Shown here: positions 1 to 9,283 of the stretch, piece by piece
Layout of the letters: every line of letters begins with the position of its first letter
Numbering within the stretch: the first letter of the stretch is position 1
Source of the DNA: Verrucomicrobiales bacterium
GTDB taxonomy: Bacteria > Verrucomicrobiota > Verrucomicrobiia > Verrucomicrobiales > V1-33
NCBI GenBank assembly: GCA_031411295.1
Contig: JANOAV010000129.1
Location: forward strand, 1-37,566
Length of the DNA: 37,566 nt
Reading direction: 5' to 3'
Translations under genes and position numbers: made by a program
Notes under the pieces: generated by a model
The model's database searches: none
Told to the model about the DNA's origin: nothing
What the model saw: only the letters and a program-made list of their open reading frames with translations

Positions 1-111
1 GAGCTGTCCCCGCACCCTGCGCCAACCCGTCAAAGCCTGGCCCAAAACCAAAATCCCCAGCTCCCAACCGCTCGTCAAAACCATCACCATCACCAATCCT
101 TAAAGGCATTG
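1..111 (+). mobile_element. Probable right end of an IS4-family insertion sequence (transposase C-terminus plus terminal inverted repeat)
   Basis: Frame 2 reads SCPRTLRQPVKAWPKTKIPSSQPLVKTITITNP* with the stop at 101-103. The CPR..RQPV..WP tail resembles IS4-type transposase C-termini. The stop overlaps CTTAAAGGCATTG (99-111), whose reverse complement CAATGCCTTTAAG resembles IS4-type ends. Only 33 codons are visible. Confidence 0.45.
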
Positions 112-192
112 GCTTAAAAGCGGAACTCCAGCGGATGTTGCTGATTCTTCACATGGAACCGTCAGATCCTCCCGTTAGTTCAAGGGTTTCCC
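112..192 (+). repeat. REP-like direct repeat, copy 1 (5'-truncated)
   Basis: 112-150 (GCTTAAAAGCGGAACTCCAGCGGATGTTGCTGATTCTTC) is identical to 441-479; similarity continues with mismatches for about 40 more bases. Confidence 0.85.
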
Positions 193-305
193 ACTCTGGA
201 AATCATTCGTCAGCCGCAGGTCAGGATGCGTAAACTCTCTGAAGGCTTGGTGTTTTGGTCTTCTGCGTCTTTTTGTAGTAATTTTCACCCCCGAATCTAG
301 GCTGA

Positions 306-375
306 TTGGTAAAAGATTGTTGGTAAAAGATGAGGCCGATCCCAACCCAATCTTTTACCAAAAATCTTTTACCAA
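306..375. repeat. Inverted repeat with internally duplicated arms
   Basis: TTGGTAAAAGAT at 306-317 and 320-331; its reverse complement ATCTTTTACCAA at 350-361 and 364-375; 18-nt loop. Confidence 0.9.
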
Positions 376-438
376 ATTCCCAACAAAATGGAGGTGCGCC
401 ATGCTGGGATCATGCTGCGGCGGGCTTGGCGTGATGCA

Positions 439-522
439 CCGCTTAAAAGCGGAACTCCAGCGGATGTTGCTGATTCTTCGCATGGAACCATCAGCCCCTC
501 CCAGTAGTTCATGGGTTTTCCC
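439..522 (+). repeat. REP-like direct repeat, copy 2 (intact hairpin CCGCT-TAAA-AGCGG followed by AACTCC)
   Basis: Second copy of 112-192, with the full short palindrome at 439-452. Confidence 0.85.
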
Positions 523-536
523 CGCTCACAGAAGCG

Positions 537-1745
537 TTACTCCGGTTCCGGCCGGGTCGGATGGGAGTGCTTTTGCCCATGATAGCCGACTAGGAAAAAG
601 ATCGCGACCAACACGATGGATACGGTCAACGCTGACCAGAATTTACTCCAATCGGTGATCTGCTTAGAGGTGCATTGAGTAAACCACCAAGCGGAGATGA
701 GGTAGCCACTGAGGTTGCCGATGCCTCCAGTCATCAGCAGCAGCAGGGCTTGCGCTTGGTTGCGCAACTGATGCGGCACGCGTTGTTCCACATAGATTTG
801 CGTCGTCATGGTGAACAGGGTGAAGATCAATCCGTGTAGCGAAATCCCGGCCACAATGAAGGTGAAAAGGTTGCTGCTGAAGAAAGCGTAACGCAGGATA
901 CCGCAAGTCATCCCGGCCAGAATCAGCCATTTCAGCCGGAACCGCTTCATGATGGTGGCAATGCCTAACATGCTCACCACTTCCGCCACCTGCGCCAGCG
1001 AAAGCACCCCGGCGGGATGCTCCACTTTGAGCGAATCGAGGTGTTTTGAAGTATATAAATAAAAGGCCGCCAGCGGAATACTGAACAACGCTGTGGTGAG
1101 GAAGATCATGCAGTGATCCCGCTCCCGCAGCAGTTGCCAGGCGTCCCAGCCGAAGTAGTCGCGCAGGCGTTTGGGGGCGGCACTTTCGGGCGGACGAGTG
1201 CGGGGGAGCGTCAAACAAAACACCGACTCCATCAGAAAGAATCCTCCGGAAACCAGAAAACTGCTAGCCGAGCGATCCGCCTTCATCACGAAACTCACAA
1301 ACGCAATGCCAACCATGAAACCAATCGTCGCCCAGACCCGCAGCGGGGCGAACTCGCGTTGGGGATCACTGAGATTCATCAGGCCGATCGAAGTCAGCAA
1401 GCCCCAGCCAGGGGAAGCCCAGAGAAAATAGGCCGCCATCACGATGAGGAAGGCCGGGTGACGCCAATGCTGACTCAGACAAAGGCTACCCGTGACCATG
1501 AGCACACCGGCTCCCAGCGTAACGATGCCAAGCAATGGTTCTGGCCCAAATTTACGATCCGCCAAGGAACCAAAAATCAGCGGGGAAATAAAAGCCGCCA
1601 GCGAAGCCATGATAAGCACCAGCGTCACGTGATCCCCCAGCCCATAAGCCGCCATTACTGTGGGCAGCGGCACCACATAAGCTCCCAGCGCAAAGGCATG
1701 CAGAAACATCAGCACGCTGATTTGCAGTTTGGAGGCACGGGGCAT
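537..1745 (-). CDS. MFS transporter, nucleoside:H+ symporter (NupG/XapB)-like family
   Basis: About 12 hydrophobic segments; motifs FGSLADRKF, LRVWATIGF, SLAQVAEV, GISLHG. Start set at MPRASKLQ (ORF track extends to 1835). Confidence 0.85.
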   Translation of the reverse strand: MPRASKLQISVLMFLHAFALGAYVVPLPTVMAAYGLGDHVTLVLIMASLAAFISPLIFGSLADRKFGPEPLLGIVTLGAGVLMVTGSLCLSQHWRHPAFLIVMAAYFLWASPGWGLLTSIGLMNLSDPQREFAPLRVWATIGFMVGIAFVSFVMKADRSASSFLVSGGFFLMESVFCLTLPRTRPPESAAPKRLRDYFGWDAWQLLRERDHCMIFLTTALFSIPLAAFYLYTSKHLDSLKVEHPAGVLSLAQVAEVVSMLGIATIMKRFRLKWLILAGMTCGILRYAFFSSNLFTFIVAGISLHGLIFTLFTMTTQIYVEQRVPHQLRNQAQALLLLMTGGIGNLSGYLISAWWFTQCTSKQITDWSKFWSALTVSIVLVAIFFLVGYHGQKHSHPTRPEPE

Positions 1746-1961
1746 GGGGGAAATGGTGGTGGGTAAGAAATGGAGGAAGCGCCATCTTGCGAGCATCGTG
1801 CAGAATTGCAACTGCCGGACACACCGCTTCATCAAGCCCCCCCACCCCCGAAAAGCCCGCGCTGGTCTCCCGCCAACGACGGATTTGTTGATCCGATGTC
1901 TCGTGCTTTTGCGAGGAAGTGATCAATCACTGGCGGGATGCCCCATCCAAAAGCAGAGCTT

Positions 1962-2606
1962 TTACCGCGCACTAAGCACTTCCAGCGCCTGCAGACTGGC
2001 GGCATTGCGGCTTTCGACGCCCATTTTCTGGAAGCAGGTGCCGAGGTGTTGTTTGGCGGTTTTCTCGCTCATGCCGAGGATGGTCGCCACGTCCCCATTG
2101 CTCTTGCCCTGGGCAACCCAGAGGAGGACTTCGGCTTCGCGTGGGGTGAGACCAAAGGCTCGTTGCAGGGGTTCGTGGGAGGTAAAGTCGGGTTTGAAAC
2201 CCGAACTGTCATCCAGGCGTTGTTGCAGCGCTTGAGCCCGCGCGAGACGGGTCTCGATGGCGATGAGGAGTTCGTCCCGGACCACGGGTTTGGTGAGGTA
2301 GTCATCCGCTCCAAAATTCATGCCGATGCGCACGTCGCCCCGATCACTCTTGGCGGTTAGAAAGATAAACGGGATGTTAGAGAAGGAGGAATCCTCGCGC
2401 AGCGTTTGCACTACGGCATACCCATCCAATTCAGGCATCATGACATCACAGAGGATGAGATCCGGCCGCTCCTTGCGGGCGACATCAATGCCCACCCGCC
2501 CATTTTCGGCTACACAGGTCGCATAGCCTTCCATTTCAAGCATGAGTGCCACATTGCGACGCATGGGTGCTTGGTCTTCGATGATGAGGATTTTCTTTTT
2601 AGCCAT
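1962..2606 (-). CDS. Two-component response regulator, REC + LuxR/NarL HTH
   Basis: ILIIED, DLILCDVMMPELDG (phospho-Asp), FLTAK, DDYLTKP; C-terminal LTPREAEVLLWVAQGKSNGDVATILGMSEKT. Confidence 0.93.
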   Translation of the reverse strand: MAKKKILIIEDQAPMRRNVALMLEMEGYATCVAENGRVGIDVARKERPDLILCDVMMPELDGYAVVQTLREDSSFSNIPFIFLTAKSDRGDVRIGMNFGADDYLTKPVVRDELLIAIETRLARAQALQQRLDDSSGFKPDFTSHEPLQRAFGLTPREAEVLLWVAQGKSNGDVATILGMSEKTAKQHLGTCFQKMGVESRNAASLQALEVLSAR

Positions 2607-2637
2607 GACGCACGATGCCTCGTTTTTCAAAATTGTC

Positions 2638-2680
2638 CATCCGACGATGGTCGGATGTGGCTATCCGACTAAAGTCGGAT
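2638..2680. promoter_or_regulatory. Two palindromic operator-like sites ATCCGAC-N4-GTCGGAT
   Basis: CATCCGAC-GATG-GTCGGATG (2638-2657) and ATCCGAC-TAAA-GTCGGAT (2663-2680) lie in the divergent gap between the regulator and globin genes. Confidence 0.7.
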
Positions 2681-2713
2681 GTCGGGCGGAAAAATAGGTG
2701 ATAGATTGCAGAC

Positions 2714-3136
2714 ATGTCCCCTCCCCAAGTTCATCTAATCCGCAAATCGTTCGCAGAACTCCAGCGCCACCAGCATGTGTCCGCGTTGGTGTTTTACCGA
2801 AGATTATTTGAGCTGGATCCGACTTTGCGACCTCTTTTCAAAGGGGACATTGAGGAGCAGGCCCGTAAACTTCTGGATATGCTGGCGGCCCTGATTTCCC
2901 TGCTGGAAAGCCCCCTCGGCTTGGAGTTGGAGCTGCGAGAAATGGGTCTTCGTCATGCCAGTTACGGGGTCAAGGATGTCCACTATGCGACCGTGGGACA
3001 AGCCTTGCTGGACATGCTGACGGAAACGTTGACCAAAGATTTTACCCCCGAAGTGCGGGAAGCTTGGACAGCTCTCTATGGCGCGGTGGCGACCACCATG
3101 AAAGCAGGAGCTAACCAATCCACAACAGCAGGCTAA
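2714..3136 (+). CDS. Single-domain globin (flavohemoglobin/Vitreoscilla-type globin domain)
   Basis: FYRRLFELDP.LRPLF (B10 Tyr, CD1 Phe), EQARKL (E7 Gln), LRHASYGV (F8 His), HYATVGQALL, AWTALY; no reductase domain. Confidence 0.93.
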   Translation: MSPPQVHLIRKSFAELQRHQHVSALVFYRRLFELDPTLRPLFKGDIEEQARKLLDMLAALISLLESPLGLELELREMGLRHASYGVKDVHYATVGQALLDMLTETLTKDFTPEVREAWTALYGAVATTMKAGANQSTTAG

Positions 3137-3550
3137 CCTTGGCGAAACCAGCCCCTACACGCATCATCTCAGGTGCGATCAGCCCTGCGTATGGCGTTAG
3201 CTTTGGTTGGTTTCATCCGACAATTGATGCGATGGAATCAGCCAGACGCAAGGCCCATGCCAATGGGTCGTCTGAGGACTTTCTGTGACCAGCAAAATGG
3301 CGCTGCCGTATAACTCCAGTTTCGCGAGGTTAAATATATCTTGTCAATTTGGAAAGGGCGGGTATAATCGGCATTAGATGGTTGCTGTGGTTAACTATGA
3401 ACCACGCACTATCAATCTTTAGCCTGTGCTTGGCCTGTAGCTTACAAGGCGTTGTATAGTCTGTATCGCTTGTCCCCCCGTTGGATTTTTCTGATCGTGA
3501 TTACAAACCGCGCTCCAGCCCATACGGCTGTCGCACAAGCTACAAAATAT

Positions 3551-4843
3551 ATGCAATATAAAATATCTTCGGGATTCGCAGCCTTGTTACTTACCTTAGT
3601 TGCAGTCGGCTGCAAAGATGATGTGGATGCACGGGTCAAGGAGGCGCTGGCAGCCAAAGCCAAAGAAGAAGCGCAGCAGAAATTGATGAGTGATGTCACT
3701 CAACTGAGAGCCGAGGCCGAGGCCAGAGCCAAAAAGGATGCTGCAGAAAAGCTCGAGACGGAAGCCAACAGCAAGGCGCAAGCGGCGGTTGCAGCGCAGA
3801 AGGAAAAGAGTGATAAAGCTCGAACCGAGGCTGAACTAAAGGAAAAGAACGCCGCGGCCTTGGAGGCTGAGGCAAAAAAGAAACTGGCTGAGGCGGAAGC
3901 AAATCGGAATGACTTGGAGGCTCGTAAAATCGCGGATAAGGCTCGGGCTGACGCTGACTTTGCCAGGAGAATCGCCATCGCTGGGGAGGAGGAGAACCTT
4001 CGCTTAAGACGGGAACTCTTATTGCTGGAGCAAAGATTGGCCAGCGGTGGGGTTCCTTCCTCCCCCATCATTCCTTCCCCCCCCATCATCAATCCTGCCC
4101 TGCTTCCAGTGCCCGGAAGCCCGCTCCCTCCGGGTAGCAGATTAATTCCCAAGGGCCCCGCAGGCACTGGGGGGTGGGTGAGAGCCGCAAACTCGGGAGC
4201 AAAGCTATTTATTCGCGGGGACTCAATTCCAGGGGACACGGTCTTCCAGATTAAGGACGCTCCGAAACTTCCAGTCGCAGCTGGTCCAGTGCCATTTTGT
4301 GCTGTGGAATGTTTGCCCAGTCCGTTCAACTTCATTGCTCCGGGGACGGCCAGGGTCGTTATTCCGCTGCCCCAATTCACCACCCCAGGTTCATTGATCA
4401 AAGTATATCGATTTGATTCCGACCGGAACGAATATGTGGCTTGGAATCCGATGAAATTTGCCAGAGTCAAAAGCACGCCGCCCGATCGGGGGTTGGTGGC
4501 GGAAGCGGAAATAGAACATTTTACAATTATTGGACTTTGTTATGAAGGGACTCCACCACCGAACTCCCCAGGCGAGCCAGCGCCCGCACCATCCGGGAAA
4601 CCAGCGGGCACCCTGCCCAGCGAGGCTCCTCCAGCGCCTCTGAATTTAGACACCCCAGCAGATGCCCCGCGTGATGCCGCTCCCCTGCCGCTGGATCCCA
4701 AGATGCCAGATGAAGCGCCCGCTCCGCTGACACCGGTCCCAGCCGAGGAGCCACCGCCAGCACCGCTGGATCCCGAGAACCCGGACCGCCCGACCAGAAG
4801 GCCGCTCCCTGCGGTTGCTCCGCAGCCGCAAATTCAAGAGTAG
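3551..4843 (+). CDS. Putative lipoprotein: coiled coil + ZU5-like beta domain + Pro-rich tail
   Basis: MQYKISSGFAALLLTLVAVGC lipobox; Ala/Lys/Glu-rich helical region; GGWV..GAKLFI..VVIPLP..IKVYRFD..AEIEHFT domain; PAPL-rich tail. Confidence 0.7.
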   Translation: MQYKISSGFAALLLTLVAVGCKDDVDARVKEALAAKAKEEAQQKLMSDVTQLRAEAEARAKKDAAEKLETEANSKAQAAVAAQKEKSDKARTEAELKEKNAAALEAEAKKKLAEAEANRNDLEARKIADKARADADFARRIAIAGEEENLRLRRELLLLEQRLASGGVPSSPIIPSPPIINPALLPVPGSPLPPGSRLIPKGPAGTGGWVRAANSGAKLFIRGDSIPGDTVFQIKDAPKLPVAAGPVPFCAVECLPSPFNFIAPGTARVVIPLPQFTTPGSLIKVYRFDSDRNEYVAWNPMKFARVKSTPPDRGLVAEAEIEHFTIIGLCYEGTPPPNSPGEPAPAPSGKPAGTLPSEAPPAPLNLDTPADAPRDAAPLPLDPKMPDEAPAPLTPVPAEEPPPAPLDPENPDRPTRRPLPAVAPQPQIQE

Positions 4844-4941
4844 CAGGCGGCAAAGCAATGCCCGCAGATTGAGCCCCGGCATGGCGCGGCTCGACCAGCC
4901 CGCACAAAGTCATGCGAACGGGGGTAATCGCGATTAACTAA

Positions 4942-5433
4942 CTAATTGCCACGCTTGAAGCCTACTTCCTGGGATTTGCTGGTATCAATTTGGCCGTCAT
5001 CACCCACGGCATAGAGCTTCACAGTGAGATGGTCGTTGTCTACCTTGATGTATTCCACCGCCATCTTCCGTTCTTTGCCTTCGGCATCCGTATGTTTGGT
5101 GGTGAGCAAGGGATGATCGTTAAGCTCGCTCCATTCCCCCATGGTCATTCCGCCTTGATTATCGGCTCCGCCGTAGATGACTTTGTCCGTCCCTGGCTTA
5201 ACCAGAATGTAGCCCTCGGTCTCGCGCTCCCCCATCTTGAACGACACGGCCAAAGCATGTTTATCCAGTTTCCACGTATAGCTGAAACTAACGTTGCCAT
5301 CCTCACTGACCCATTTGCCAACCATCCAGTCCAAGCCCGCCGCAGTGGTCATTTCCCCCAGCGACTCAGCTCGCAAAGTGGTTGACAGGGGAGTGAGGGT
5401 GAACAGGGCGAGAATGAGGGTGATGATTTTCAT
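4942..5433 (-). CDS. Secreted hypothetical protein, probable small beta-barrel
   Basis: Signal peptide MKIITLILALFTLTPLSTTLRA; LDWMVGKW motif followed by alternating beta strands. Confidence 0.7.
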   Translation of the reverse strand: MKIITLILALFTLTPLSTTLRAESLGEMTTAAGLDWMVGKWVSEDGNVSFSYTWKLDKHALAVSFKMGERETEGYILVKPGTDKVIYGGADNQGGMTMGEWSELNDHPLLTTKHTDAEGKERKMAVEYIKVDNDHLTVKLYAVGDDGQIDTSKSQEVGFKRGN

Positions 5434-5499
5434 GGTATGGATGAGGGTAGAGTAAATGGTGGGTTGGTGGCAATCTTTTCCGTGCGCTTTCCGCAAATT

Positions 5500-6291
5500 T
5501 TATGGCAACAGCAGGGCTGCGTTCCTGACCGTCTCGTTTTCGTGGACAATTTTATAGAGCGCCTGGGCCATGCCCTTGGGGTTAGGGTGTTGCCAAATGT
5601 TGCGCCCTAACGCGATACCGGCCGCTCCGCAATCCATGGCGTCGCGCACCATTTGCAGCACTCCCAGTGCATCCGCCGTAACCGCACCGCCCAAGACGAT
5701 AACGGGAACATAACATTCCGCCACAATGCTGCGGAACGCTTCTTTGTCACCCGGATAGGCTGTCTTTACCACATCAGAGCCCAATTCGGCGGCCAGGCGC
5801 ACGGCAAAACGAATGTTCTCCGGCGTGTAGGCATCGCCTCGACCCAAGCCGTAGGGCAGAGTTTCGATGATGGCAGGTAATTCAATTTCATGGGCGTCGG
5901 CAATCAGTGCCGCCGTATTGGCGATGATCTGCGCTTCATTCACGTGGCCGGGGAAAAGCATGTTCATCACGGCGGTGGCTCCGGCATTCAGGGCACTGTC
6001 CACGTTGAAAATCTGGTAGGCTCCGCTGGGCTTGAACTCCCCCTCCTTCTTGATGAACGTATTCCCGCAGTCCGTCCGCAGGCAGATACCCTTGTCTTCG
6101 AGTTCTGCCTCGGCAGCCAGGGCCAAGCCATAATTTAAGATGAAGCCATCAGCAAAATCCCGCAACTCAGCGATCACATCCTTGCCATTGCCCAACCCGG
6201 GCACTGGCACCAGAGTGCCATGGTCCATCGGGATGATCATGGTTTTACCATCTTCTTGAAAAAACGATTCTAAACAGGTTTCTTTAGTCAT
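5500..6291 (-). CDS. Class I aldolase, DhnA/FbaB/LsrF family
   Basis: IIPMDHG, IIETLP, AAELGSDVVKT (Schiff-base Lys), VIVLGG, GIALGRNIWQ. Confidence 0.9.
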   Translation of the reverse strand: MTKETCLESFFQEDGKTMIIPMDHGTLVPVPGLGNGKDVIAELRDFADGFILNYGLALAAEAELEDKGICLRTDCGNTFIKKEGEFKPSGAYQIFNVDSALNAGATAVMNMLFPGHVNEAQIIANTAALIADAHEIELPAIIETLPYGLGRGDAYTPENIRFAVRLAAELGSDVVKTAYPGDKEAFRSIVAECYVPVIVLGGAVTADALGVLQMVRDAMDCGAAGIALGRNIWQHPNPKGMAQALYKIVHENETVRNAALLLP

Positions 6292-6378
6292 AAGTGTGGT
6301 CCATCATTGGACGCAAAATCCCGCTCCCGCCAGCACAATTTCAATTTCCCACCGTCTTCCCACTCTCTTTCCGCCCGC

Positions 6379-6963
6379 ATGGAACTCATCCCCGCCGACT
6401 ACTTCCGCCACCTCACTCCTGCAGAGATCTTTCCTGAATCCGCCACCGCGCTCGAAGTAGATCTCGGCTGCGGTGATGGCACCTTCCTCATGGAAATGGC
6501 CGCCCATTATCCGGATCGACAGTTCCTGGGCGTGGAGCGTTTACTGGGACGGGTGCAGAAAATCGTCCGTAAATCCACCCGCCGCCAACTCACCAATCTC
6601 CGTGTCCTCCGCATGGAAAGCTCCTACGCCCTGGGCTGGCTGCTTCCGAACGGCTCCGCCCAACGCATCCACCTGCTCTTTCCCGACCCCTGGCCCAAGA
6701 AACGGCACGCCGCCAATCGGTTCGTATCCGAGGAAAACATCCCGCTCATCCACCAAGCGCTGCGCCCAGGAGGCGAGTTTCTTTTCAAGACGGACCACGA
6801 ACCCTACTATGTGGAAGCAACCGAGCGCCTTGATGCCAGCCCGCTCCTGGAGCGCCTTCCCTGGATTCCTGATGCTGAATTCTATCCCCAAACCGACTTC
6901 GAAACTCACTGGCTCAAGGAAGGAAAATCGATCTTCAGCGCCCGGTATCGCAGAGTAGCTTGA
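6379..6963 (+). CDS. trmB: tRNA (guanine-N7)-methyltransferase
   Basis: EVDLGCGDG, FLGVE, LLFPDPWPKKRH, FKTD, QTDFE. Confidence 0.93.
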   Translation: MELIPADYFRHLTPAEIFPESATALEVDLGCGDGTFLMEMAAHYPDRQFLGVERLLGRVQKIVRKSTRRQLTNLRVLRMESSYALGWLLPNGSAQRIHLLFPDPWPKKRHAANRFVSEENIPLIHQALRPGGEFLFKTDHEPYYVEATERLDASPLLERLPWIPDAEFYPQTDFETHWLKEGKSIFSARYRRVA

Positions 6964-7017
6964 CGCGGACGTTAATCCTGCGCTTGAAGCCAGGGGAATC
7001 CGCTGCCAGTGGTGCGG

Positions 7018-7497
7018 ATGCACAAGCTCAATCTCAAGGACATCCCGGTAGAACACCGCGTCTCTCCCCAAGGGCGCTTCGAACTCCAGCGGCAACATAT
7101 CTCCCTCGCGCTCGGCGGAACCAAGGACATTGGCTCGTGGGGCGGCGGGCATCCCTTCGACGTGGAATTGACCCATCTCCCGCCGGGAAAACGTAATTTC
7201 CCCATGCACTCCCACGCTGCGCAAACCGAGTTCTACATCATTCTTTCCGGCACCGGACTGCTGCATCACGATCAGGGCGAACCCCAACCGCTTTGTGCTG
7301 GAGACCATCTGATCTGCCACCCGGGCGATGCGCACCAGATCGAGAACAATGGGGATGCCACCTTAACTTACTACGTCATCACCGACCACCACCCCGCTGA
7401 CGTGGGCACCTACACCCGCACCGGTAAACGCTGGCTGCACCCCGAACGCCGCGTGGTGAGCGTGACCGACGTGGGGTATTATGCCGACGAAGAATGA
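7018..7497 (+). CDS. Cupin domain protein
   Basis: PPGKRNFPMHSHAAQTEFYIILSGTG and GDAHQIEN are cupin motifs 1 and 2. Confidence 0.88.
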   Translation: MHKLNLKDIPVEHRVSPQGRFELQRQHISLALGGTKDIGSWGGGHPFDVELTHLPPGKRNFPMHSHAAQTEFYIILSGTGLLHHDQGEPQPLCAGDHLICHPGDAHQIENNGDATLTYYVITDHHPADVGTYTRTGKRWLHPERRVVSVTDVGYYADEE

Positions 7498-7636
7498 GCC
7501 GGGGCACAGGGTTGGCTGGCATTCATGCTCCTGAGGAACGAGGCCGCTGCGCGCAGCCTTGACCGGCATAACATTAATTGATATTCCGCCTATAATGTCC
7601 TCAACAGCATTTATAGGAGAAAATTTTTGCACTTGC

Positions 7637-7656
7637 ATATGCGCATTCGCTCATAT
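7637..7656. promoter_or_regulatory. Imperfect palindrome upstream of sqr (candidate repressor site)
   Basis: ATATGCGC-ATTC-GCTCATAT (one mismatch) in the AT-rich upstream region, overlapping a TATAGT -10-like hexamer at 7654-7659. Confidence 0.4.
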
Positions 7657-7686
7657 AGTTGTGTTTAAACCTAAAGCCCCCACCCT

Positions 7687-8916
7687 ATGAATCAACATCT
7701 TCTCATCCTCGGAGCTGGCACCGCCGGCACTATGATGGCCAATCATTTGCGCAAGCGTCTGCCCACCGCCGATTGGAGCATCACGGTGGTGGATCGGGCG
7801 GATCAGCACTTGTATCAGCCGGGACTTCTGTTCCTGCCGTTTGGCATCTATCAGGAAAGTGACATCGTCCGCCCAACGCGGAAGTTTCTGCCGGCGGGGG
7901 TCGAGTTTATCCAGCAGGAAGTGGACACCATCACCCCCACAGAGCATGCGGTGAAATTAAAGGATGGCCGGGTGCTGACGTATAATTTGCTCATCGTTGC
8001 CACTGGCTGCCGCACCGCACCGGAAGAAACGCCCGGGATGCTGGGCCCCAAGTGGCGGGACAATGTGCATGATTTCTACACCTTCGACGGAGCCAAGGCG
8101 CTACGCGATAAGTTGGCCAACTGGCCGGGCGGGCGGCTGGTGATCCACATTAACGAAATGCCGATCAAGTGTCCGGTGGCTCCGCTGGAATTTGCTTTTC
8201 TAGCCGATACCTTTTTCCGAGAGAAAGGAATCCGGGACAAGGTCACGATTACCTATGTGACGCCACTCACGGGTGCCTTCACCAAGCCCAAGGCTTCCCA
8301 GAAGCTGGGGCACTTGCTGGCGGACAAGGGGATCGAGTTGGTGTGCGAGTTCGTGGCCGAGCAAGTGGATCAAGCCAACAACAAGCTAGTGTGCTTCGAC
8401 GGACGGGAGGTGCCCTATGATCTGCTGGTAACCGTGCCCACAAATATGGGCGATGCGGCGGTGCAACGGTCCGGCTTGGGGGATGATCTGAATTACATCC
8501 CCACCCACAAGCACACGCTGCAATCGTTGTCGCACCCGGATGTCTTCGTGCTGGGAGATGCCACCAATGTTCCGGCCTCCAAGGCTGGTTCCGTGGCTCA
8601 CTTCGAATCGGAAACGCTGGCGGATAATGTGTTGCGACATATTGCCGGTGAACCTCTGAAAGAGGAATTCGACGGGCACTCCAATTGCTTCATCGAGTCT
8701 GGCAACGGCAAGGCACTGTTGATCGACTTCAATTACGAATTCGAACCTCATGAAGGAAACTTTCCATTCTCGTTCGGGCCGCTGAAACTGCTGGAAGAAA
8801 GCCGCATCAACCACTGGGGGAAACTGGCTTTCCGCCATGTGTATTGGAACATGCTCTTGCGCGCACGGCCGTTGCCGGGCATCAGTCGGCAGAAACCGCG
8901 CCCCGCCAAGGTTTAG
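7687..8916 (+). CDS. sqr: Sulfide:quinone oxidoreductase-like FAD-dependent oxidoreductase
   Basis: GAGTAG, HLYQPG, IVATG, IKCPVAPLEF and FDGHSNCFIESG (two redox Cys), FVLGDA. Confidence 0.88.
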   Translation: MNQHLLILGAGTAGTMMANHLRKRLPTADWSITVVDRADQHLYQPGLLFLPFGIYQESDIVRPTRKFLPAGVEFIQQEVDTITPTEHAVKLKDGRVLTYNLLIVATGCRTAPEETPGMLGPKWRDNVHDFYTFDGAKALRDKLANWPGGRLVIHINEMPIKCPVAPLEFAFLADTFFREKGIRDKVTITYVTPLTGAFTKPKASQKLGHLLADKGIELVCEFVAEQVDQANNKLVCFDGREVPYDLLVTVPTNMGDAAVQRSGLGDDLNYIPTHKHTLQSLSHPDVFVLGDATNVPASKAGSVAHFESETLADNVLRHIAGEPLKEEFDGHSNCFIESGNGKALLIDFNYEFEPHEGNFPFSFGPLKLLEESRINHWGKLAFRHVYWNMLLRARPLPGISRQKPRPAKV

Positions 8917-8951
8917 CAATTTCATTATCAACCCTCCTCCCAAAAAACACC

Positions 8952-9263
8952 ATGACTCAAACTATCGCAGGAATCGAAGTGGACGTGAACGCCGAAGGCT
9001 ATCTCACGGATATGAACCAATGGAATGAACAAATCGCGGCGGCCATTGCGGTCGCTGAAGGCATTGGCGAGCTTACCCCCGCCCACCACAAAGTGCTCAA
9101 CTATCTGCGCCAGCAACAAGCCGCAGGCGGATCCTTAACGATTCGCAGCATGGGCAAAAGTGGCGTGGTCACCACCAAGGAACTCTACGATCTGTTCCCC
9201 GGCGGACCACTCAAGAAATCCTCCAAAATTGCCGGCATCCCCAAACCGGTCGGCTGCATTTAA
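8952..9263 (+). CDS. TusE/DsrC-family sulfur relay protein (single C-terminal Cys)
   Basis: EGYL...W, LYDLFPGGP.K...KIAGIPKPVGCI; the second DsrC Cys position is Ser. Confidence 0.9.
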   Translation: MTQTIAGIEVDVNAEGYLTDMNQWNEQIAAAIAVAEGIGELTPAHHKVLNYLRQQQAAGGSLTIRSMGKSGVVTTKELYDLFPGGPLKKSSKIAGIPKPVGCI

Positions 9264-9283
9264 CTCCAAACCGCCCCCATTGT

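Noticed and set aside
112..522. CRISPR array
   Set aside because: Only two copies 329 bp apart, no regular spacers and no cas genes.
317..658. 113-aa ORF
   Set aside because: It runs through the repeats and overlaps the MFS gene's end in antisense; no recognisable motif.
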